Part shown: positions 12,376 through 23,978 of the stretch, one piece after another
How positions within the stretch are numbered: the stretch's first letter is position 1
Layout of the letters: each line of letters begins with the position of its first letter
Origin: Catajapyx aquilonaris
Taxonomy: Eukaryota
Reading direction: 5' to 3'
NCBI GenBank assembly: GCA_000934665.2
Contig: KZ539020.1
Coordinates: 1 to 36,514 of the forward strand
DNA length: 36,514 nucleotides
Made by a program: the position numbers and the translations under genes
The notes under the pieces: model-generated
The model's database searches: none
What the model was told of the DNA's origin: nothing
What the model saw: only the letters and a program-made list of their open reading frames with translations

Positions 12376-12501
12376 TGCCTGATTGCACCAACTGAATTAC
12401 CGATCCGATAGCTCCTAACAAATCGTTAGGTAGCCCTTTTAACGTGCCCTAACGATCTGTTAGGGGAATCGGATCGGTAATTCCGTTGGTGCAATCAGGC
12501 A
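12376..12501. mobile_element. Fold-back MITE, probably Harbinger-type
   Basis: TGCCTGATTGCACCAACtGAATTACCGATCCGAT is mirrored at the right end and the element is almost wholly palindromic. Flanks are TTA/TGA. Confidence 0.8.
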
Positions 12502-12576
12502 TGAAAGAGGGAGAAGCAGCTTATCACAAAATCTTTGTAAGCGTACTGTACATGCGAATTTTCTTTCATTTACCAG

Positions 12577-12618
12577 GATGACCCGCAGGAGGCTGATGAG
12601 AATACCAGCCCGGAATAA
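12577..12618 (+). CDS. Putative terminal coding exon of the acidic nested gene (DDPQEADENTSPE*)
   Basis: Strong acceptor ttttctttcatttaccag|G. The phase-0 reading matches the donor phase and keeps the acidic composition. AATAAA at 13027-13032. Confidence 0.4.
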   Translation, partial: DDPQEADENTSPE

Positions 12619-12640
12619 CCGGAAGTAAGCCCCGAAGACA

Positions 12641-12864
12641 AGAGGAAGAAGTGGAAGAGGAAGAAGTGGAAGAGGAAGAAGTGGAAGAGGAAGAAGTGGA
12701 AGAGGAAGAAGTGGAAGAGGATGAATGGGAGGATGAATGGGAGGATGAATGGGAGGATGAATGGGAGGACGAGGAGGACGAGGAGGACGAGGAGGACGGG
12801 AATCACTTGAAGTCGAGGTATCTGGAATGCCGTCCGAGGAAAATCTGGTTCAGGCTTTCTTCGT
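12641..12864 (+). pseudogene. Partial, frameshifted duplicate of the acidic repeat block (about 11257-11469)
   Basis: The unique segment GGGAATCAC(C)TTGAAGTCGAGG...GCTTTCTTCGT is identical to copy 1 except for a 1-bp deletion. Repeats here are (EEEVE)5(EDEW)4. Confidence 0.7.
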
Positions 12865-15800
12865 CATCGGAGGGGGGGTCATCGGGGGTGCTTGGGGGTC
12901 ATCGGGGGGAAAAACATCTGTTTACATTACACATAACTCCAAATGGAGCACTTTTATCGACATTATTGTTTTACAAGCTTCAATGCCATAGTTTCAGAAA
13001 CATTTTAAAATGGGATGATCATTGTTAATAAAATATTATTGCTAATATGTGTATTTTTACTTTTGGTGGCTCTATGTCACATAATTGATCCTCGCTAATT
13101 TAAAAATCCATATTTAAGATATCGGAGAACAGCTCAGTTTCAATTCATTGGTTCATACCCTTCAGATTGGAAGATATACAAAACCTCCACTAGGACCACA
13201 CATTATGCAGTATAACTCATCTCTTTGTAACCTAAAGTGTGATTTAATGAGGTTAGCAAGCTCACTTGAAATACACCAACAGCAGCAAGTTGGCAATCCA
13301 ACAACAGCGTTTTCCCCCACATTTTTAAGCCCCAGTTTTTATGAATGAACAGGTTGTGACGTTGTGCTAGTCATAAAGTGTTCCGTAAGCCCGCACTGTA
13401 CATGTTTGGAGGCTCCTGTCCTTTGCTGGATACATGTCTGCTGCCTCATAACTTTGCTGGTGACAAATGCCCCGACTGTGAACTGAGGCATAGAGATAAG
13501 CGCGCATGCACAAAATACATATTCATCATTTCCAACACTGAAATCGCGCTAACAGCTCGTTCACCAGACTTCCTCCGTGTCCCCTATAGTACGGCAAAGT
13601 CACGCATAAGCTCTTTATTAAGTACACAATAATCTCTCCGTTACTTTTTTCATCCGTGTGTATGTGCAATAATGTCAAGAATCAGACACTAAGGATGGTA
13701 CTTGAATGAATAATTACGATTGAGAGAACGTACTCTCTTGGATGATTTTCTCTGTGCGGTAGATAAGTCACACAAAATTATAATTAGCCGTTTTCAAGTT
13801 ATGCTTGAAATTGCTCATTGCTATAGGCTAATGAAGCTTATAACAATCACACAATTATAATGTGTTACAGTCATTTGGCGGCGTTTGGGTAATGTACAAA
13901 TGGAATATCCGTGGGGTGATTGACTGCAGTTGGTCAATTAGCTTGGCGTCATGTTATGGATCAAAAGTGCTGGAGATGTGTTCCAATGTTAGTTAAATAA
14001 AAATGATTTCAAATTAAATTGTCACGCATTGTAGGCATGATTACATGGGGGAAATATGGTCTGGCGTGTCAAGTGTCATAGACAATGACGTGACTAACTC
14101 GTAAGTCTGGATTACAAAAAGAGCATCATTTGGAAGTGCACATTTCAATAAATAATCACTAAACTATTATTAACATTAAAGGAACTTTTTCTGGTTTCTG
14201 TAAAACTCAATCCAGCATGTACACAGCAACCAGTCCAATAAAAAGGTGAATAGCCCTTTTAATGAAAGTTGCACAGAACATTCAATTCATATAATGCCTT
14301 CAAGCCACAGCATGAATGAACAAAACTTCGCTGATGCGAAGTAGTTCACTTTGGTCTACATAAGGGCAGACAAGTTTGATCTTCAGTCCAGGCTCTCCTT
14401 ATCATTCATGAAGACTTGCGGTCTCTCCGCTTAGTTTTAGGTGGGCGCGGCCGATGGAAGAGTCAAAGACTAGCCACTTACAGTCCAAGCCCTAGGCGTG
14501 TAAGAACATGGCCAAACTTAACCACTGGATCTATCATGGATGTAGTGCCTCTCATTTTAGAGCACTGAAATGAGTACCGTATAGGCCTACTCACTCTGTG
14601 AAGAAACTACTAATTACAGTATTTCCCCTCACCTTACAAAAACATCGTGCCTAATGTCTTTTCCGAATATAACATCGCTGTAAACGGCTTGAACGACTTA
14701 TTCTTCAGCATAAATACTGTGATTTTACCAAATACCCGTTTGGGTAACTGCTAGTAGACTATAGTAGGGCTTTTACTATATTATGCATGGAAATCTAGGC
14801 GAAGATTACTTGGTGCTCCATTTATGATTGGTTCCGTCGTTAACTTCCTCACACACATATGTGGGCATTTTTGCGGTAACGAACCAAGGTTCGGACGATT
14901 TTTTAAAACTTTCATTGGGATTTTCCATGCTTGTAGAAAACCTTTGGGGATTTTGGTTTTTTTTCTATCGAGTTCCAGGTACAGAGGGCTGCATTTTGCC
15001 TCAAATGTGATACAAACCCTCGATAGCGCCAGAGGAGCGAGAACAAACAAGGTAACGAACCAAAGTTTTGAGGACACACCAATCAGAGGATTCTCATGTA
15101 TTAGTCGATTGAGATGGCTGGGTCGTATGACCTGGTCATCGCTGACTACATCATCGTGGGACTATGCCATGATGATTGTGTATGTTGGATGTAACCCAGT
15201 ATGAAAAGGGTGCTGCCTGCCTACAAACCAGTCTTTGGGGACCAGGCTGACACACACACATCAATGAAGTTATGAACTGACTAGAATGGAAAACGTTTTA
15301 ATAGAGGTTTATTCAAAAAATTATAACAGCAAATTACCATTTGGCTCGTAAGTACAAAAATTATCTCGGGCAGTGAAAGACAAGGAAGTTCATCAGTACC
15401 ACAGATAAATGCAGATTTTTAAATTTACGGCCTATATAAAAAGCGGGAGGCTGTCATGACTGGGAAGAATCAAAGACTAGCTGCCGCCACCTGCCACCTT
15501 GACCGCTAGAGACAATTATTAACTTCCGGACCACCCATCTTGCAGTGGCATTGTAAATAAAGACAACTGTTTATAACCTGAGGAATTCGTGAAAATTCGT
15601 TTTCAGCATCATAAATAAGAACCACTGAAGAGTACAGGCCCTCTTCTGGAGCTGTATCCCTCCCCCTTCCTCCAAAAAAATCGGAGGTAGCATGAGGGCA
15701 TATCCGGATAACACATCGCTCCACTTTGATTTGTAACTTTTTACATCGAATTTGAAATCAGAGCCCTTTAAAGCCCCCGTAAACTAATTTTGACGCTAAG

Positions 15801-17867
15801 ACTGTATTATTCCTGTCCAATTCTCACACATGCTGTCTACCATATCGGATCTGCCATTTTAAATTTCGAATTTGTGATATCAGATCTGAAATCAGCGCCA
15901 TTGAAAACCATTACATAAAAATTTCTGCATTTTTGGCCGTGGATTTACTTATTACCTGATGAGCTGGCAGCAGAGATCGGAGGGAGAGCGCTCAGTGGCA
16001 GGTTGTTGCTTTGGTTCGTTACCGTCCAAATAAATACATAAATGTATGGTATTGGGCTGAATCTTTGCACACTCCTGTATTGCATTACTCCCATGGGGGT
16101 TTGCAAGTTTGACGCTCCAAATCATTGGTATAGGGTGCGTACGGGAATTCTGTGTAATTTTTGGTAACGAACCAAAGCTTTCGGATGACTCTGGTTAGTT
16201 ACTGAAAGTGACGCACACAGATATCACCCTCCGACAATTTAAGCACATCAATCGAAAGAGGACATCAAGCTGCATCCAACAGACATGCTGAGAAGTGATC
16301 GAATGAATGGAAATGCTTATAGAGGCGCCAAAAGACGCGCGTGTCCCCAGACACCAAAGGGCCGTCTGCGCGCACAGTTGAAAATAAGAGCAGCTGGTGC
16401 CAAAGAACAGCAACACTGGGCATTGTTTAGTAGACATCTTGAGAATCCTATTGGTGTGAAAAAATCGCGGTATTCAACGAAAAAAATAATCGTCGCTTGA
16501 TGTCCGCTCTATCGCAAAAATGCCCATGACAAAGTTGTACCGACTGTGAGTAGAAGCCCTATATTAGGTTGCATGACCTGTCAGCCAATGGGAAATGAGG
16601 ACAGACCAAAGCAGGCAGGCATGGGGAGCGGAGTCATACGGAATCCAGCGCTGCAGGTTCTGGCTCATGAAGTGGAAGATGACGGCGCCCATGAGGTCGA
16701 CAGAGTGGGTAATGACTGTAGCAGGTCGGCCATAGGCCTACTATTAAATAGTCCGTCGCATCTACAGACTTCCATGTTAAAAGTGTAAAATATCACTCAT
16801 CTGGCCCATTGTGCGACATAAGGCAGCGGTCCAGCCCACCTCAAGTCCACCTAGGTCCCGATTTGGTGTAATATGCCAGATCCTATTCTGATATCTGATA
16901 TAGTGAGCGGCATGACACGAAACCGGCCATGTGACTGCACATCGGAGCGACGCGACGTTCGCTGCCCGGGATAGAAATATGTCCCTGCTGTGACACAAGT
17001 CCGTGGATGTGTGCCTCCGCTTTTAGAATCAGATATGACTTCTCTTCAGCCGAATATTAGCAATTAATATTTTTGGTAGCGCAACACACTGTATCAAACA
17101 CTAAGTATGATTACATCGTATACTCATAAACTCTCAAGAAAGCGCGTTAGAAATTAATAACTAAAAATTAATGCGCTCCTTATTCGCTACAGAATATGAA
17201 GGAAAACAATAAGTAGCAGCATGAAACAAATTCTTGCAGAGCTCTTCATTCTTGTCAGATAAGATTCAAAAGGGCCTCCTTTTCAATTCCTCCCTCTTAA
17301 TTGCCTCTTAAAACTTCCTATTGCTACTAAGAAACAATACCAGTTCCATATTCTATATACCAGCACCACGAAGGCACCGATTAACAACCTTCATTGTTGA
17401 TATATCGTCCTAGTACAGTAATGTAAACACTTTTTAAAAACCATATCGATCATGAAAGATGCGTGATTCGAGTCCCCACATGAACACATGGTTTGAGGAC
17501 TCTTTTACGACGCCCCCATCACATGATCAATATACGTCAATGGCAGAGCACCTCTGCAACAGAAGTGCCTGTCACGAAGTCAGCCACGAAAAGCAATAAA
17601 AGAAAAAGTATTTACTCTGCAGTAACGACTACTAATATAGCAATCATAAAATATGTCTCCATATTTATTAATATTTGTATACATATTTCTAGTAGATATA
17701 TAGTTTGCATCCTTCACCAACATCATGATTTCTTTGACATTTCGTGAAGAGTTTGTAAAAAGACCGGTTGTGACCCCAGCAGGGAGTCGAGAAAGTTTCG
17801 CTTCACCTTGCCGCGCATTAGAATATAGTAGTAGGAAGGAAAACTTGAAAGGCCAGCGCCTACTCAC

Positions 17868-18071
17868 GGTTGAGCTCGATCCGAACGGTTTTTTGCAGCG
17901 GCGCCGTGAGATTGGTGTTGGAAGCCTGGCAGGTGAGATTGGCACCCAAGTGCTCGCGAGCCACATTACTGAAGAGCAGCTGGTTCACCACTCGCTCGTC
18001 GTCCACTTCTTCTTCCAAGCCGTCGACCAGCGCCTCCTCCACGTACCACACCACGCTGGGCAACGGATCAC
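17868..18071 (-). CDS. Internal exon of the same Ig-superfamily gene (second half of the Ig domain)
   Basis: tttgcgcag|GTGATCCG...CTCAACC|gtgagt; 204 bp, phase 1-1, in frame with the previous exon. Translates to GDPLPSVVWY...VVNQLLFSNVAREHLGANLTCQASNTNLTAPLQKTVRIELN, containing the Ig core Trp and second Cys. Confidence 0.93.
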
Positions 18072-19099
18072 CTGCGCAAAGAGATGTACACTTTTGAGTA
18101 CTGTCGGAAGTTTGCTTTGCTTAGGGAAATACGTAATATATGCAAAGCTGCAACGAATGGAACTTGACAGGCAGGGGTTTGCACGAGTCCAGCTTTATTC
18201 GGGGGGCAAAACAAGCAGTTGGAAGCGCTCAAGGCGGGAATAAATCTTATTGGGGGGCGGGGGGGCGGGGGGGATGGCTGCCCGAGGCACACGGATTACC
18301 TCATTTCACGCTGCGCCACGTCTCTTTGCCCACACCATTTATTCCTGGGGTTCCTGTTGCGCCACCAAAACTTTCTTCCTTCTTTTTCCTTCCTCTAACT
18401 CAACCGTCTTGATGCCAAGAATCCCAATGCCCTGGCTTATTTACTTACGTGCACCGAACTGGCATCGGCACCACTCAGGAAGCCAACTTCTCCTACATGC
18501 CCAAGGCCAGTGTGTTTTGCTTCAGTGCAGTCTTTCGGACTCGAGAATAACTAACATCGGTACTCACAAAGCAGAGTAAAACTCAAAAGGAGGCAGAGAG
18601 AGGCAGCGTGTGGTGCGGCTTCAATATTCAACTTTTGTCAGAGCTATTGGAGTGGAAAAGGCCTCCGGTATTCAACTCTGCCAAGACACTGGCGTATTGT
18701 TTCTAAACGGCATTCCTGTTTCCCCGGAGAAGTTGGTGACAAGACTGAGAGTTTGTCAAACTTTGTCAAGCTGCATATTGAGTTGCGGTGACGAGAGGCA
18801 AAAGATAGGAAGGAAGTAAGGCGAGGAAAGGAGGGGGAGACAGGGAGGGGAGGGAGAGACAGAGGGAAAAACGGATCAAGATGCGCCTTTATGCTCTTTG
18901 TCCTCCCTTCTCGCACCAAGCGCAGTGTCACGGCGTCTTCTTCGATACCTACGCCTCTCATTTTGTCGTTAGTTGCATGCTCTGTTACTCTCAAGCCACC
19001 ATCTTTCCTCACCTGTCACTGCAACTGCTGCTGCTTATGGAATCGTTACACCCTCAATTTACAATCATTAAATAACGATCCCAGCCTTTTTTGACTTTC

Positions 19100-21150
19100 A
19101 GAGTAATTTATTCTACGCGAATTATTCGACAGTTTGAACAAGGGAGTGTTCAGCTTAGTGTGAAAGTTCTTTTTTCCGCGTAGTTTCCATTCATCTGTGG
19201 AAGCCAATTAACTGGCGCATAAGTTATGAGTCGTTTTGAGGAATGTTTGTCGTAGCAATATGCAGTAAAAGTGTATCTGTTGAAGCGAAAAGGAGAGAAG
19301 GGTCTTTCAAATGCAGGGCAGATATCCAGCCGTGTCTGGCACAGGATTTTTTAAGCCGATACATTCGCAGGTCAATTCCCAAGTAGGAACATTTTACGTT
19401 CCTCTGTTTTTGCAGTGTCAAGCAGAGCTCTCCATTTTTGTCCATGCATTTTCTTATCTCCTGCTGACTTTTTTTCTCTTTTGTTGTGTGCCTAACCATT
19501 TCTGCAAGTCACTAGCAATTTTTCTTCTCGCTTCTCTCATATTGCATTGTGTTTGAGGGAAAGCACCCGCATTATGGTATCCGGAAGGAAATTGGCAACA
19601 CGTCTCATATCGCCTCGTAACGACATATTACAGCGGAACCCTCTCATTTGCTGCGCTTTTTGCAAAGAAAAGTCGAGTAAAGGCATGATGACTTTTTTTT
19701 CCTTGCTTCTATATCTTCTCATCCTCTTAACCTTCCCAGTATTTTTCTCTCCTCTCCTTAGCTCAGCAGGGACTAGGGATCCTCCAAATATGTACTTTTT
19801 CCCCTCCTCATTCTTCCTCGCCACGAGTGGATATTAAAGTTGAGAGTAGCTGTTCACCTTTTCTCTCTGCCGCCCGGAAAAAATATGGTTGCACTTCTTG
19901 TCAACCTCAAGACTGCTGCCAACACCCGGTTGGTAGCTTTCCACACTTGTAGACCCCCACCGCAATCAGAACACTGCACCAGATCCGGTACCGCACCCCC
20001 ATCTCAAAAGTTAGATTGCCAAAAGCAGAGCACCTGAGCCCCGCCCTTCACATTTCTGGAACCGAAGAAGCCTTTCATAACTACTAATATGACAATGTAG
20101 TGGAAACCTTCAGGAGGGACAATTGTCCAATCAAGCACAAGTGCACCTGATTTCATCCGGGATGAGAAGCGAGTAGGATATCGATTCCTGCAGGAGAAGA
20201 GCCAAGAACAGCAAGGATGGAAATAAGCTTGTGCAGAAGCACAGGGTGGGAGGTTAAATGGGAAGGTGGGTGGGTGGGGGGGGGGGAGAGAGAATGTCAG
20301 AAGGATGGCAAAGATGAGCCAGTCCCAGCCCAAGGAGGCCCCTTCCTGAATGATGAGCACATGAGCACCTGGAGAGGCTTCTCCCTGTCAGCTGAAGGAT
20401 ATTGAAAGTTTGTTGACTGCATTTGTCACACGGAATCATAATCCAATTTGATAAGAGGGGCGGAAGGCTTCCAAATGATGGCGAATCTCGAGCACTTCTT
20501 ATGCCCAAGCGAGCTGCCGAAACGTGTTTCGCATCTCCAATCCAGCTCAACTCACTTTCCTAACTCGCTTCGGGATGCACGTTTATTAGCCGCGAGGAAC
20601 CTCATGACTCGCACTGCAGCCATTTTCTGGAACACCGACGACATCCCCTACCAGACATTCTCCACTTTCTAGGCCATTCAAACCCCTCACACTGCCTGTT
20701 CCTGGAGCAAATCCTGTGTTCCATTCAAACAATCAGTGGCGACGGAGTTCCGGCAGTAGATCCACACATGATGCCATGCGCCATATGTACTAGTAGTTGG
20801 ACACCCAGCTGGGAAGTTTGATTTAGAATGCGACCACGTTACATTTGCAGTATTTCGTAGTCAACTTATAATTATTCTGCGCTTGGTGGACACATGGCAT
20901 GTGATTTGGAGGCGTCAGATACCGCCACCCCACCACCTGCTAGCGGTGGCTGGTCGCCGACACCGCCTAACAGAAAGGGGCATGCTGCACAACGCAAGCC
21001 TGGAGGGGTGATAAAGGCCTGTTTCCAGTTTTTCCGGATTACAAATTGCACCATTTTGACAAGCCAGAATGCTGAAGATGAGGGTAGAGCATGAAGCACG
21101 TGCGTCCGCGAAACCAAGCTCAATTATGGGGAACCCCGAAACGAGCCCTG
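19100..21150 (-). mobile_element. Heavily decayed LINE ORF2 remnant (APE endonuclease to RT); boundaries approximate
   Basis: Degenerate motifs occur in the expected order on the minus strand: DQPPLAGGGVAV (about 20940), LVGD (about 20650), then EIRK.M.KN...LLDTAKTE and YLGI (about 19460-19375). Many stops and frameshifts. Confidence 0.35.
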
Positions 21151-22634
21151 TTCATTACTCCACCTGGCATCTATTGCTCGCCTTGACGTTAACGATCTTC
21201 CCTAGCTTTCATTATTGCACGGAACTATTTGCTTACTAAATATTTCCCAGAAGACTATCACTTGCTGACTATACACCGACCTGCTTTCCCTGTTTTTGTT
21301 CTAGTTGCACGAAGGGATCATTCCCGGAATTCTACATGTGTGTGTGGGGGGGGGGAGAGGAGAGGGCCAGAGAGGGAAGTGGGGATGTACAGGATGAGCT
21401 ATAAATCCATTTGAAGTGAATCCGAGTGAAAAGTGGGCTGGAATAGGAGAGAGACATGCCATCTGATTGTCGCCATCTGACTCTGTCGCAAACTATTGGT
21501 CCTGATTTCCTACCTACTGCAGTCCTGGGCCTGGCGGCTCCCCCAGGGTGAACTCCGCAGGGATATGACAAGATTGAAGAAGCTCGTTCCCGTTTCTTTT
21601 CAGGCACTTGACTGGTTAGTATCACTCTGAAGCCACCCACCTATATACCGTACTCCATTGTGCGTATATAGCAATTATTTGGCCCCTCCATCTCTGGTGT
21701 GCTAGCAGAGGTCTGTGTGCTTTCCGGCATCAGGCAACAAAAGGGGAGGGTTGGAGGGTGAGCTGTCCTTCACGTGCACAAAATAATAATGGTAGAGGAG
21801 AGAATGGGGCAGCTTCCCTGTCCGGCGGAAAGAATGTGAGCAATAAACGGGGTGGAGTTGTGTGTGGGAAGCAGGCCCAGGCGATGATGGAAAGTAAAGT
21901 GTTTGGAGGAAGCCAGGAAGGCAGGCAGGCAGGCAGCTAACTGGTTGCCGGATTCTAGTGCTGCCGTCGACGCCGCTGTTGCTGCATGCAACCAGCTTAG
22001 TTTGGTCGATCGGAAATGAAGGCAGGCCAAATCCGCTCACGTCTGCGCTGCTTGACCATCAAACGGACCTACTGTACTACGGAAATGATCGTTAGTGCTT
22101 ACAATTCTTGCACCTCACTGCCCTTTTCTTATGCTCTCTACGCCTCTCGTTTGGCAGAATGTTATCCGCAGTGTTAATGAATGTGGATTGCAGCGTTTCG
22201 ATCGAGTGAAGAATGGCTGTTGGTCAGGGTAGAACGGCGGCTTCATCTTGTTCCGGCCTCAACAACATCCTGTTTGAGGCGCTGACGTTTCATTAGTGCG
22301 AGGTCTCCATAAACTGGCCCCATTCCGCGCCAACAATTCCGCATGGTTTTACAACCACATGTGCGATGCGCCCCGCAGCAGGCTGCAATGTAGGGCTTCC
22401 TCTCTCCCCCTTTCCCCATCAACCCCCCTATTCTCCCCACCTCACCCCCATTCTCCCCATCTCACCCCTGCAACCTCCCCTCGGCGCTGCTTACTTGGTC
22501 CAAACCAGGTTAGGCTACTACTTTACGTTACCGTCAAGGCCGTTTATGCTGTACTATATTGTCGACTCTTAGTGGACGACAAGCAAACTGGGCCTTTTCA
22601 ACGTTGTATAACAAACGAGACGTGACTAACTTAC

Positions 22635-22745
22635 CGCCGGTCACTTCACACTTGAGGAAGATGTCAGAGCCCTCGCTGTATGGGCCGGCAGAAGTGACGA
22701 TTTCCCTTTCGGTCGTGTCCAATACTTTTATCCTTTTGGGCGGAA
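22635..22745 (-). CDS. Internal exon of a Sidestep/nephrin-like Ig-superfamily gene (first half of an Ig domain)
   Basis: Minus strand reads tctcttgcag|TTCCGCCC...ACCGGCG|gtaagt; 111 bp, phase 1-1. Translates to xPPKRIKVLDTTEREIVTSAGPYSEGSDIFLKCEVTGG, matching the GPYxEGxxxxLxCxVxGG motif I recall from Sidestep-family Ig2. Confidence 0.92.
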
Positions 22746-23637
22746 CTGCAAGAGACAAGGATAATGATTGTTAAATTAGTCGGCTACTTGGGAAAACAAA
22801 AGGGAAACACTAATTTTGTCATTATTTTCCGATCGATGTTGCGATCATTAATGTTCTCACTAATGTAGAAATAATGGATGAACCACACTGTATTCGTCAC
22901 TGATCATTATTTTGCTGTCTGTTGCATGTGGAATCCATACTAAATGAAGAGTGGGTATTCAAAGTGCCCGGATATGCAAGCCCTGTAAGTGAACCTATCA
23001 AGTGGTGCCGTCTCAGGCGGACAAACCTCACAGTCAAAACTGCTTTATAGTCGGAAAAGACTAGTCTCAAGCCAGCTTTGGCAATGCAAATTTCTTGCAA
23101 CTTAAATTGCAAAAACACTCAGGTAAGAGAGTCGAGTTTAATGTATTTAGGCCCTATTTAAATTCAAGCCCAAGTGCTGGATGCTGTCGGACATGAAGCA
23201 GCATTTAATGGACCTCCACCCTGCATCCTTAAAATTAAACTTTCTCCATGTTCGTCCAAATTAAAGACTTCTCTGAAGCGCTGACAAGACCTGTTCGAGA
23301 AACTACTTCGGCATTGCAATCAACAACCTTTCACGACCCATTAATATTTGCACGTTATGGTCTCCCTGGTGAGGAAACTTCAAGGACCTACCAGTGCTCT
23401 TCATATATCCGATCCGTCGAAAAAGTAGTGGAATATTAATTTTTGCTCCCGTCTTCTAGCCCGCATAAGCAGATCGAGTAACTGTGCAGGACATATTTTA
23501 TATAAAACTCGCAACTTCAGACATCCTAAAACGGGGCGAGATTGTGCCAGCGCATTTTTGGACAACAGTGGCAGCAGGCGCAAACTAGCGAATTTCGGCA
23601 TGTTTCACAACATTGAGAGATGGTCAAGGTTGGCAAT

Positions 23638-23638
23638 A

Positions 23639-23705
<67 letters not shown>

Positions 23706-23978
23706 TCATACCCCGTTATCAGTCGGCGGCTCTTTAGGGGGGGATTTTTGTTTTGAATGGAACTCTTTCTTTGCATTTTTACTTCGCTTTTGGGGATAGG
23801 ATAGGGACGGAAGGAAGCGGCTGTGGCCTATTATTTTAGGAAACAACCCCGGCATTTACCTGGAGGGACCGTGGAAACCACAGAAAACCACGGTTAGGGT
23901 TGCCGGCCCCGGGGATCGAACCCAGTACCTCCCGATTAGCAGTCGGATACCATATCCCCTCCGCCACCACTGCTTCGG
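23638..23978 (-). mobile_element. tRNA-derived SINE, family B, with an (ATT)n tail
   Basis: Minus strand has A box TGGCGGAGGGG and B box GGTTCGATCCC (23912-23922), then body GTGGTTTTCTGTGGTTTCC...AAATGCCGGG. Trinucleotide tract at 23638-23705. Confidence 0.8.

Noticed and set aside
17725..18243. 172-aa plus-strand ORF
   Set aside because: Antisense shadow of the Ig exon at 17868-18071.
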